The notes beneath the pieces are model-generated. The model was not told the origin of the DNA and searched no databases. It saw nothing but the letters and a program-made list of their open reading frames with translations. Positions 1 to 11,142 of a DNA stretch of 64,000 nucleotides are shown here, in pieces; position 1 is the stretch's first letter; each line of letters starts with the position of its first letter. Position numbers and translations under genes: made by a program. This DNA is from Eledone cirrhosa (taxonomy: Eukaryota), in NCBI GenBank assembly GCA_964016885.1, contig OZ024740.1, positions 389,980,001 to 390,044,000 on the forward strand, read 5' to 3'.

Positions 1-1040
1 TCTTCTTCTTCTTCTTCTTCTTCTTCTTCTTCTTCTTCTTCTTCTTCTTCTTCCAGCGGGTCCTGTCAGAAACAACCGTCTCCAGTTAATCTGGCTGGGT
101 CCCCAAGCGAGACTAGCCAACCTTATGGATGTTATCCAACCATTTTCTTCAGGGTCTCTTGCCGGTTGGTTTTGCCTGTAAGATCTGTCCAGCGATTCTT
201 TCTTGAGACATTCTAAACACATGCTCGCAGTATCAGAGCTGTGATCTCTCAATTCGGAGAAGTAACGACTCTATCTGGAGTGACTCTCTGATCTCCGAGC
301 TACGCATTCTATCGAGTAACGTTACTCCAAAGACCCTTCGGAGGAATCCCATTTCGGCCGCTTGTATTCGTGGTCGTATAGAGATCAGGGTAGCAAAAGG
401 TTGACCATCGATGCCATACTCCTGCAAAACCTTCCACAGTAGGTCCCAAAGAACGCCATCATATGTATTTTCGAGGTCAACAAAACAAGAATATACCTCT
501 TGGCAATACTCCCACGATTTCTCGAAGTCCTGCCGCTGTGTGAATATTTAGCCGGCTGTGCTGCGTCTGAGGCGAAAACCGCACTGTTCATCAACTAGCT
601 TGGACTAGACAATATTCCTGCACCCCCTTACCAGACACTGAGCATAAACTTTAACGGGGAAGTTTAACAAGGAGATCCCTCGGTGATTGGAACAATCTCT
701 CTTGTCTCCCTTTTTGAAAATTTGGAATATCACTCCCGATTGCCATTGCTTAGGTGCCTTTCCTGAGATCCAGGCCACACAACAATCACGAGTCAGCCAG
801 AGAATACCTTCTCTATTTAAAGCTTTTAACATCCCGGACCGGATTTCATCTTCCCTAGTGTCACATTTGATCTCTTTAACTGCTCTTGTGACCTCAGCCT
901 CCGAGAGATTAGTCACCGTTCCCAGATGTACCTCGTGACATCAGAAGATGATATTATGATTGGGTTTAGGAGATCAGCAACGTAATCTTTCCACCTCGTG
1001 AGGATGCACCTCTCTGAAGAGAGGAGAATCTCAGACGCGT
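1..1040 (-). mobile_element. Degenerate RTE-type LINE, RT and 3' end with (GAA)n tail
   Basis: Minus ORF fragments GKAPKQWQSGVIFQIFKKGDKRDCSNHRGISLL and RIQAAEMGFLRRVFGVTLLDRMRSSEIRESLQIESLLLRIERSQL; (TCT)n at 1-52 is the tail. Confidence 0.85.
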
Positions 1041-1066
1041 TCCTGATAGTAGGTGTGGAGGAGGTC

Positions 1067-1101
<35 letters not shown>

Positions 1102-1152
1102 AGGGAGTGTAACTTGGAGTTACTGTAGTTTCACCCGGGTGAGAACTCGATA

Positions 1153-1232
<80 letters not shown>

Positions 1233-1235
<3 letters not shown>

Positions 1236-1870
1236 TTGTGTATGCGTGAAATATTTAGCTTAAAAAGCACTCAGATTTCTTTGTGCAGTAGAATTGTCGG
1301 TTGGTATTTCCGTTGCAAAATATTTTCTCCTGATCCACAACTTATTTATTCCATGGGTTTTGAGGGATTGTTATGTCAACTAAATGCAAGTCACTCACTA
1401 CACTTGCCTCACTGAGGTGACCCTGATAAAAAAAAAAGCAGGCCATAGTCAGTGTCAAAACCCCTCATTTCTGGAGCCAGTCGGATTGTCCAGTATTGAT
1501 GAGATGATCTTATCCTTTGCCTTTGGGCTTGGGGTAGATACCTCATATAGGAAACGTGGGGTCAGTGCATTAATAGCCGAACAGGAAACAATTATGAAAT
1601 ACCATGAATTATCAACGGGCTACTTTTTCCAGGCTTAGGTGTTGGAGACGTCCGAAGGACTGGGTTGCTGACAATGATGTAGGTTCTTGTTATTGTTGTG
1701 GCTCGTCTTTATTCAAATATCCAGTGATGTTCATGAGTGTGCTTGACTATTACAGCGTTTTAGCTTCTCTACCATCATCAGTAATAATGCCATAAGTGCC
1801 ATGGGTTGCTTCAATTGCTTCAAAGATTTTTAGAGGAAAACACCAACATTCCATGACGCTTGTCATTCAG
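1233..1870 (-). mobile_element. Possible highly decayed BEL/Pao-like integrase relic
   Basis: Stop-ridden minus-frame translation ..RLAPEMRGFDTDYGLLFFIR.. only weakly resembles the integrase DYxGP region. Confidence 0.2.
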
Positions 1871-1871
1871 C

Positions 1872-1930
<59 letters not shown>

Positions 1931-1938
<8 letters not shown>

Positions 1939-2048
1939 TAACAGATTAAAGTTTAAGAAAAGAATCGCTGCTTTCACCCTTAACAGAAGATTCCGTTAAG
2001 GGTGAAAGCAGCGATTCTTTGCTTAAACTTTAATCTGTTATTTTAATA
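1931..2048. repeat. 54-bp-arm inverted repeat, probable head-to-head PLE pseudo-LTR remnant
   Basis: Arms 1931-1984 and 1995-2048 with 1 mismatch; right arm contains GAAA-GCA..TGC-TT (HHR 3' half); left flank (TA)n. Confidence 0.7.
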
Positions 2049-2136
2049 AATATTTGTTCTACGGTTCTTATATATTTGATATATATTTATCCTTATCGAG
2101 CCCTCTTTGGATTTTAGTCTTCAAATTTATTATTAT

Positions 2137-2187
<51 letters not shown>

Positions 2188-2659
2188 AAAATGGAACGGG
2201 AATAAAACAGAGAGGCAGTACAAACAAAGGTTTATTAGTTTCACGCTCTTGAGAGGGGGGGGGGGGGGGCACATATATATATATTTACATCTAATTAATG
2301 CAACAGGCTGTATTTAAGAAACATTCGAAACAGATTAAATTTAATTGTTGTATGACAAGTTTAATGTCCGGAAATAGATAATTACATTACCAAATCAGTA
2401 TTCAGCAAAAATGAAATAAGTTTGCCTATTAACCGTTGCCATTCAACTCTATTTCTGTAATTTACTTAAAGTGCATTTGTTCTCAGAAGTGTCTCGAGTG
2501 TTCCGACGGTTCCCAGCCTGGTATAAATTTGCTGATACTGGATTTATACATAATTTTTTCAATTAAACTTAAAAACAGTTCGACGTTGAGAAAAACATTT
2601 GAAGTAAGCCAATCTTGTTTACTAAAATACTAATTTGTTTTCTTTCTGTCGTTTTCGAC

Positions 2660-2765
2660 TTCGCCGAGGTTAACTTTGCCTTTCATCCTTACGGGGTCAA
2701 TAAAATAAAGTACCAGTAATGCAATGGGTATGGCTGGCCTTGTGCCAAACGTAGAAACAATTATT
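2660..2765 (+). mobile_element. 5'-truncated tRNA-derived SINE
   Basis: Body CGCCGAGGTTAACTTTGCCTTTCATCCTTACGGGGTC..AAAATAAAGTACCAGT..CTGGCCTTGTGCC shared with more than 10 copies in the window. Confidence 0.85.
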
Positions 2766-2817
2766 TTATAGTTCTACAATGCCAATATTGTAGTCTAATT
2801 CAGAGAATAGCTTTTAA

Positions 2818-3030
2818 GTAATTGTTTCTACTTTAGGCACAAGGCCAGCAATTTGAAGCGGGGGGCGGGCGGTCGATTAAATCGACCCAGTGCATTACTA
2901 GTAGTTTATTTTATCGACCCCGGATGAAAGGCAAAGCAAACCTCGGCGGGACCTGAACTCAAAACGTAAAGGGCTATAACTCTATGCTGCAAAGCATGGT
3001 GTCCGACGCTCTACCGATAGTGCCATCCAC
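2818..3030 (-). mobile_element. tRNA-derived SINE, inverted relative to the 2660 copy
   Basis: Reverse complement of the SINE consensus with pol III A/B-box-like head. Confidence 0.85.
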
Positions 3031-3193
3031 GATAGTGCCATAGCTTTCAAGTAATGAAAGATAAAGAAGAAAGAAATCATCAACATGCTTTGAACGCTTA
3101 TTCGTGACGCGATTTCGATTTTAATTGAAGCCATGACACTAATGTTTCCGAATTGCGTGTTCCCCTGATATAAAAGTGAATATGTATGTTTCA

Positions 3194-3335
3194 GGCGGCG
3201 AATTGGCAGAGTCGTTAGAACGCTTTGTAGTATTCATTTCGACTTTCTGATCTCTGAGTTCAAATCCCGCCGAGGTCAACATTGCCTTTCATTCATTCAT
3301 GGTCGATAAAAAAAGGATCAGTCAAATACTGGAGT
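3194..3335 (+). mobile_element. tRNA-derived SINE (related subfamily; another copy at ~4168-4280)
   Basis: GGCGGCGAATTGGCAGAGTCG..GAGTTCAAATCCCGCCGAGGTCAAC (A box, B box). Confidence 0.8.
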
Positions 3336-4905
3336 CAATTCTTCCCATTTATCTCTTTTTCTCTTCCTTTCTCTCTCTCTATCTATCCTTCTCTGGAAGA
3401 AATCTACTGTATTCAGACCTGGAGAGGAGATGGGGCTCCGCCAGGTTTAAAATATACCCTAGAAACGCCGTATGTCAACATGGCGCCCCTACGACTCCTC
3501 AGGAGTTATGGGTCCATACCATGTATGTTTCAAGTTGTAAGCCACAATTTTGCTCCTACATAGTTGGAACTTTTACAGAGGGACACTTTTTTTATATATA
3601 GTAGATAATAGACTGTGGCTTTTGTTGAATTTTTTTTTTTTATTATTTCGACAGAAAAATTAAGAACAAGATATACCACCAATCACTTCAGTAGACATTG
3701 AAAGAGTTTCTACTGTGAAACATTATTCGTTTAGAATAATTGTGTAAATTATTACAGTTATTTATTGTGTTAATTATTAGAGTTGACTCAGCTGTAGAAA
3801 TGAATTGCGATCCTGCCAAATCAATGGGTGGCAGTAGTTCCAGCTGCACGTATCAAAAGACTGGTGTAGTGGTTCTGAGAACAATGCGGCTTTGCAGATG
3901 ATCAATGTAAATTGACAATGGCAAGGCGCTCCCGCTCGAGTTAGAAGAGAACTATTGACCTTCAGGAGAAGCAGCAACCCCTGGTTATATTCAGCAACCG
4001 AAACAAATAGGAAGTACACCAAATCCAATGCTCCTAGGGACGGCCCTGGTTCTTCTTATATGCCAGTGTAAACTCGGCCAGATTAGATTAGAGAAAGAAA
4101 AAAAACAAGGAAAAAAAAAACACGTAAGAATAAAACTTACTTTTAGATTTCATATATCAATGACTAGGAGTCGTTAGAACCGCGGATAGAATGTTTTGTG
4201 GTATTCATTCCGACTCTCTGAGTTCAAATCCTGCCGAGGTTGATAAAAAAAAGTACTAGTCTAGTACTGGGGGTCAATTCTTTTTCTACATCTCTTTCTC
4301 ATCCCCCCCCCCCTCTCTCTCTCACTTTCTATATTTCTCTCGAAGAAATCTCGAAGAAACGCCGTATGTCAATACGGTTCCCCTACGACTCTATCAGGAG
4401 TGGCGGGACCATATATATCAATGCGCATTTTTATTAAGCTCTCTTTGAACCATCCTCTGAATTGCTTGGTTATAGCAATTATCAGTAAAGTAACATTCTC
4501 GGACCAAGTGAATGTCGGAATGTTTTTAAAGCATTTTATTCAAAATATAGTGAATTCATGTTACTCTAATCGTTTTACATAATGAAAAACCAGGACAAGG
4601 CCAGGTACTGCTGCTAGTTCCCAATTTAACTGGGGTCTGTGTTTATATGAGATGGTGGTAGCTTTCAACATTTACACTTTATTGAAGGCATGTGGGAGGA
4701 AAATTAACTGGTTTCAGTTAATAGAAAATTTTACTTTTGGCCCCACTATTCTCAGCTGTTTCAAAGAAACCAATATTGATTATATTGATTCTTTCTACTT
4801 TAAGTGTTGTTGAAAATATATAATTTAAAAAAAAAAACTGTAGTGATAATAAGATTTTATTTACATAAGTTATCAAAAGATTAACAATTAGTAGAAAGAA
4901 AGTAA

Positions 4906-4955
<50 letters not shown>

Positions 4956-5210
4956 AAAAAGAAGGCAGAAAAAAAGCGGAAAAAGATTTGTACACACAAT
5001 TACACGCCTTGACAAGGGGTGTGGAGGTACTCTCGAATAATTTTTGAAGAAAGCCAAGTCACCCGTGGGATCTTAAATTCAATTACGTTTATAAATCATA
5101 TATATTAAAATAGCTTTATATAAAAAAAAACAAATTAAAAGGGAGGGGCAAATTTCTATACCCTTTGCAGGACGGTACATCTTAGCTGCGCTTCACGAAC
5201 AAGATGGTGG

Positions 5211-7978
5211 TCGTGGAGAACAGCGAATGGCACCTACATGAGCCCTTCCACTCGTGGAGAACAGCGAATGGCACCTACATGAGCCCTTCCACTCGTGAAG
5301 AACAACCAATGGCACCTACATGAGCCCTTCCACTCGTGGAGAACAGCGAATGGCACCTACATGAGCCCTTCGACTCGTGGAGAACAACCAATGGCACCTA
5401 CATGAGCCCTTCCACTCGTGGAGAACAACCAATGGCACCTACATGAGCCCTTCCATTCGTGGAGAACAACCAATGGCACCTACATGAGCCCTTCCACTAG
5501 TGGAGAACAGCGAATGGCATCTACATGAGCCCTTCCACTCGTGGAGAACAGCGAATGGCACCTACATGAGCCCTTCCACTCGTGGAGAACAGCGAATGGC
5601 ACCTACATGAGCCCTTCCACTCGTGGAGAACAGCGAATGGCATCTACATGAGCCCTTCCACTCGTGAAGAACAACCAATGGCACCTACATGAGCCCTTCC
5701 ACTCGTGGAGAACAGCGAATGGCATCTACATGAGCCCTTCCACTCGTGGAGAACAGCGAATGGCACCTACATGAGCCCTTCCACTCGTGGAGAACAGCGA
5801 ATGGCACCTACATGAGCCCTTCCACTCGTGGAGAACAGCGAATGGCATCTACATGAGCCCTTCCACTCGTGAAGAACAACCAATGGCACCTACATGAGCC
5901 CTTCCACTCGTGGAGAACAGCGAATGGCATCTACATGAGCCCTTCCACTCGTGAAGAACAGCGAATGGCATCTACATGAGCCCTTCCACTCGTGGAGAAC
6001 AGCGAATGGCATCTACATGAGCCCTTCCACTCGTGAAGAACAACCAATGGCACCTACATGAGCCCTTCCACTCGTGGAGAACAGCGAATGGCACCTACAT
6101 GAGCCCTTCGACTCGTGGAGAACAACCAATGGCACCTATATGAGCCCTTCCACTCGTGGAGAACAACCAATGGCACCTACATGAGCCCTTCCATTCGTGG
6201 AGAACAACCAATGGCACCTACATGAGCCCTTCCACTAGTGGAGAACAGCGAATGGCATCTACATGAGCCCTTCCACTCGTGGAGAACAGCGAATGGCACC
6301 TACATGAGCCCTTCCACTCGTGGAGAACAGCGAATGGCACCTACATGAGCCCTTCCACTCGTGGAGAACAGCGAATGGCATCTACATGAGCCCTTCCACT
6401 CGTGAAGAACAACCAATGGCACCTACATGAGCCCTTCCACTCGTGGAGAACAGCGAATGGCATCTACATGAGCCCTTCCACTCGTGGAGAACAGCGAATG
6501 GCACCTACATGAGCCCTTCCACTCGTGGAGAACAGCGAATGGCACCTACATGAGCCCTTCCACTCGTGGAGAACAGCGAATGGCATCTACATGAGCCCTT
6601 CCACTCGTGAAGAACAACCAATGGCACCTACATGAGCCCTTCCACTCGTGGAGAACAGCGAATGGCAACTACATGATACATGAGCCCTTCCACTCGTGGA
6701 GAACAGCCAATGGCACTTACATGAGCCCTTCCACTCGTGGAGAACAGCGAATGGCATCTACATGATACATGAGCCCTTCCACTCGTGAAGAACAGCGAAT
6801 GGCATCTACATGAGCCCTTCCACTCGTGGAGAACAGCGAATGGCATCTACATGAGCCCTTCCACTCGTGAAGAACAACCAATGGCACCTACATGAGCCCT
6901 TCCACTCGTGGAGAACAGCGAATGGCACCTACATGAGCCCTTCCACTCGTGGAGAACAACCAATGGCACCTACATGAGCCCTTCCACTCGTGGAGAACAG
7001 CGAATGGCATCTACATGAGCCCTTCCACTCGTGAAGAACAACCAATGGCACCTACATGAGCCCTTCCACTCGTGGAGAACAGCGAATGGCATCTACATGA
7101 GCCCTTCCACTCGTGGAGAACAGCGAATGGCACCTACATGAGCCCTTCGACTCGTGGAGAACAACCAATGGCACCTACATGAGCCCTTCCACTCGTGGAG
7201 AACAACCAATGGCACCTACATGAGCCCTTCCACTCGTGGAGAACAACCAATGGCACCTACATGAGCCCTTCCACTCGTGGAGAACAACCAATGGCACCTA
7301 CATGAGCCCTTCCACTCGTGGAGAACAACCAATGGCACCTACATGAGCCCTTCCACTAGTGGAGAACAGCCAATGGCATCTACATGATACATGAGCCCTT
7401 CCACTCGTGGAGAACAGCGAATGGCACTTACATGAGCCCTTCCACTCGTGGAGAACAGCGAATGGCACCTACATGAGCCCTTCCACTCGTGGAGAACAGC
7501 GAATGGCACCTACATGAGCCCTTCCACTCGTGGAGAACAGCGAATGGCACCTACATGAGCCCTTCCACTCGTGGAGAACAACCAATGGCACTTACATGAG
7601 CCCTTCCACTCGTGGAGAACAGCCAATGGCACTTACATGAGCCCTTCCACTCGTGGAGAACAGCGAATGGCATCTACATGAGCCCTTCCACTCGTGAAGA
7701 ACAGCCAATGGCACTTACATGAGCCCTTCCACTCGTGGAGAACAACCAATGGCACCTACATGAGCCCTTCCACTCGTGGAGAACAGCCAATGGCACTTAC
7801 ATGAGCCCTTCCACTCGTGGAGAACAGCCAATGGCACTTACATGAGCCCTTCCACTCGTGGAGATCAGCCAATGGCACTTACATGAGCCCTTCCACTCGT
7901 GGAGAACAACCAATGGCACTTACATGAGCCCTTCCACTCGTGGAGATCAGCCAATGTTACCTACATGAGCCCTTCCAC
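5211..7978. repeat. 41-bp minisatellite array, ~67 copies
   Basis: Unit TCGTGGAGAACAGCGAATGGCACCTACATGAGCCCTTCCAC with a few diagnostic variants and occasional TACATGA duplications; no spacers. Confidence 0.97.
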
Positions 7979-8239
7979 ATCACAAGACTTCTTCCTCAAG
8001 CGAGATTTTGCATAGGAAAACAGCAGTCCAGGGACCGAGTACACCGGAAGTTTCGATGGCAATCGGCACTTAAAAGAAGTGGTATATTATTATTTTCCGA
8101 ATCCCGGTATTTTATCATTTTCCACTCGTCTGTTACGGGCCGCGGTGCCTGGATTTGTGACTGAGGCGATGAGATTAAACCCAGAGAAAATGTCGCAACA
8201 TCTGTCAGCCCATATTAGTGACCTACCCTCCAATTGAAC

Positions 8240-8480
8240 CGTAAAAAGGTTATCCGGTCTCGGCGCCTACTGTCACCCGGTCAAGACCAACAGGCTCTAA
8301 TCACTACGAGAAACCGATCAGGCCAAGGCTCCTTCTTATGATGTCGTTCAAGGTGGCGTGCCAAGGGAACCGACCTACATTGCAATGACAAGAATGTGGA
8401 TATAGTCCAAACTCAACAACCCTCGACCTACAATGGCATTTGGGTGGCTCAACAAGAAACCCACACTGGTTCTTCTTTAG
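8240..8480 (-). mobile_element. CRE-clade non-LTR retrotransposon fragment (Zn knuckle/RLE region)
   Basis: KCHCRSRVVEFGLYPHSC..HATLNDIIRRSLGLIGF..LEPVGLDR, homologous to the 29900-30490 fragment. Confidence 0.7.
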
Positions 8481-9135
8481 GCACTTTCCGATTTCTACGT
8501 ACATTCGGTGAAAGATCGCGTGCCCTAGATTTCGGTCTCCAGAGAGTTGTCCAGTCAGCTTTTATCATTACTAAATTGCCGACTCCAATTCTAGAAGCTG
8601 ATTTCTTACATCATTTCGGCTTGTTAATAGATATCAAGTACAGCACACTGGTTGACTCCACCCCGGATCTTAATGTGTACGGTGTCGACACTAAGGCACA
8701 TTCCCTCAACCGTTTTCTTGAATCCAGCCCATTCAGGCAGGTACGACGCTATTTGCGGAAATGCCCCCAACACCAATCGCCCTGTATTTAACAGTCGATC
8801 TTTGATCCACAGTGTTACTCATCATATCGTGACCGATGGATCTCCAGTTTCTTCAAAACCGCGTCGATCACGCTAAAATTGCTAAGGCAAAGTTCGATCA
8901 TATGCTGGAATTGGGCATTGTTCGTCCATCCAGTAGCAGATGGTTCCGAAAAACTTGTGGTGACTATTGGTTTATTATCGCGCTTACGGAACCCGATCGA
9001 TATCATGCGCCTGACATACATGACTTCTCTGTTACACTACTTGGCACTAGAACATACAGGACTTCTCTGCTACACTACTTGGCACTAGAACCATTTCGAA
9101 AATCGATCTCGTGTGGGCATACAGCCAGATTTCTA
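8480..9135 (+). mobile_element. Old degenerate Gypsy pol fragment (protease-RT start)
   Basis: PILEADFLHHFGLLID, HHIVTDGSPVSSKPRR, AKAKFDHMLELGIVRPSSS, EPDRY; multiple frameshifts. Confidence 0.85.
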
Positions 9136-9236
9136 TAAAACAGTATATTTCAAAACCTGAAGAAATCATATGGTAAAGTGGACACTTACTTAAACCGTCT
9201 CAGACAAAAAAGGTTGAGTGCATGTACATATGACCA

Positions 9237-9689
9237 TGTAGTAAGACGCCTCACGCCTCCTGGCGGATAATAGCCCAAGCTAGTTGTCTCCCCTTGGTTG
9301 AGAACACCAGAGGTAAACACAGACAGCCACTGAAAAGCAGACGGAATACACGACACAGAAAACAGCCTCTGTACCACGAAACGATAAACAGCCAAGGGAA
9401 CAGCAAACAGCAAACCCCACAATACCTTTGTAATTGTAATTCACCACAACTGACCGCGTCTATATTTGGTATGTTCCATTTGTAATATAATAAACACATA
9501 TAAACAAAATAAGCATCACCATTATTTACATTGTTAAATATAACTCTCGTTGTGGTTATTGTCTTGTTTACGCACACACCCAGTCACTTTGTTATAATTC
9601 TCACTTACAAAAATGGTAAATAGACGAGGGACCTTCCCTCACGTCTATGTCGATAAACAATCCAACTAGGATACATTCATTTTACCACA
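9237..9689 (+). repeat. 5' LTR
   Basis: TGTAGTAAG..TTACCACA, near-identical to 14564-15016. Confidence 0.97.
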
Positions 9690-9690
9690 C

Positions 9691-9703
9691 TGGTGACCGA
9701 CGT
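9691..9703 (+). promoter_or_regulatory. Primer-binding site, tRNA-Trp-like
   Basis: TGGTGACCGACGT directly after the LTR; matches the tRNA-Trp 3'-end complement TGGTGACCCCGACGT with a 2-nt deletion. Confidence 0.7.
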
Positions 9704-10342
9704 AAGAATTTTACGCAGCCTTTTTATTCAGTTGAACTTCACTGTTATTACCACGTTGCCAACCTTTTCGCAACTTACGAAAATACAAAAAAAAGACAGA
9801 GAAATAATAAAGTGTTTATACCGTATTGACAAGGTATACAAACCAGCCAGAAATTTTTTCCAAGATGGCGTTGCTTTCCTTCCCCGTTTTGTAATTTTCC
9901 GCCAGGACAGGTACATTTTTAATTGCGTGTGTGTTCCATATTTGATCAAGGGAAAAAAACGTTTTTGTGAACATTACTGCCCCACAGGGGATATACATGC
10001 CTTACTTTTTTCTAAGGGATTTTTAGCCACAGGCTACCTATTGTTGATATCCAACGTGGATTTATTCTAAGACAAACATTTTTTTTTTCCCTTTTTCACG
10101 GGTTATTTGATTTGGCTGGCTCGTTGAAGCAACACAAGGGGACAGACGTTGAAGGAAAATTAAAAAAAAAAAAAATATATATATGTATTTTATGTATTTT
10201 TCCTATTTCCTAATGTTTTGAATGTCTGTTTCTTTTTGACCTTTCATTTTTTTTCCAGTTTGGGTGTTTGCTTTTCCCTGTGCGAGGGTACATTAATTGC
10301 TGTTTATATATATATATTTTTTTTAATTTTAAACGTTTTACC

Positions 10343-11123
10343 ATGAATGCGCCACATTTTCCCGCCTTTACCGGAAAACCTAAGCTGTGGTTTGCCCAGT
10401 TACAGGCGTATTTTACGGTCTGTAAGACCGAGTCTGACCAGCGCCTCGCTGTCTTGATTAGCGGACTTCCCCCTAATCTAGCAGATTCGGTCCAAGATCT
10501 TATTACAGACCCCCCCCCTCTCTGACTTAACGTTTCAGTCTTTAAAAGGCGAGATCTTGAGAAGGAACTGTAAGTCGGTAGAGAGTCGTTTTCGGTCATT
10601 GATCGAGGACGAACGATTAGGTGACAGGACCCCTACCGCTTTTCTCCGGCATTTGCGGGAATTGAGCGATTCCCAAGATCAGGATAGCCCTTTCCTGAAG
10701 CAATTGTTCTTCTCTCGCCTACCTCAAGAGGTACAGGCGATCCTAGCCCATATGCTAGAGGTAAATACCCTCGACCACATTGCTGTCTCTGCTGACAAAA
10801 TTGTAGAAGTGACGAAGAGAGACACTTCGAAGCCAAAGTACGTTGCTTCCTCTTCTCTTCCTCAATCACGCTCATCAGCGAGTGATGAGAAATTAGTCAC
10901 CACAATGGAAGCCATGACTCGTCAAATGGCGGAGTTGTGCAAGGAATTCAGGTCTTTTGGACGGCAGAGGAGCCGCTCACGAACTTATTCAACTCCTCGC
11001 CACCGTAGCCCTTCCAAAACACCAAAACCACCATATTGTTATTACCATGACAAATATGGTGACAAAGCCGCCCGTTGTAGGCCTCCTTGTGCTTACAAGG
11101 GAAACGACGACCAGAGTCACTAA
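10343..11123 (+). pseudogene. gag: Gypsy gag, frameshifted at the poly-C near 10510
   Basis: MNAPHFPAFTGKPKLWFAQLQAYF..LGDRTPTAFLRHLREL..CYYHDKYGDKAARCRPPC. Confidence 0.9.
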
Positions 11124-11142
11124 CGGCGGATAGTGCGCTCTG
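11099..11142 (+). promoter_or_regulatory. -1 programmed ribosomal frameshift signal at the gag/pol junction
   Basis: G GGA AAC slippery heptamer in the gag frame, 6-nt spacer, hairpin CAGAG-T-CACTA..TAGTG-CG-CTCTG; the -1 frame reads into FLVDTG. Confidence 0.8.

Noticed and set aside
3194-3275. tRNA genes at SINE heads
   Set aside because: The A/B boxes run into the SINE body and no cloverleaf closes
5211-7978. CRISPR-like array or repetitive protein ORF
   Set aside because: No unique spacers, no cas genes, eukaryotic context; 41 bp is not a multiple of 3 and frames hit stops
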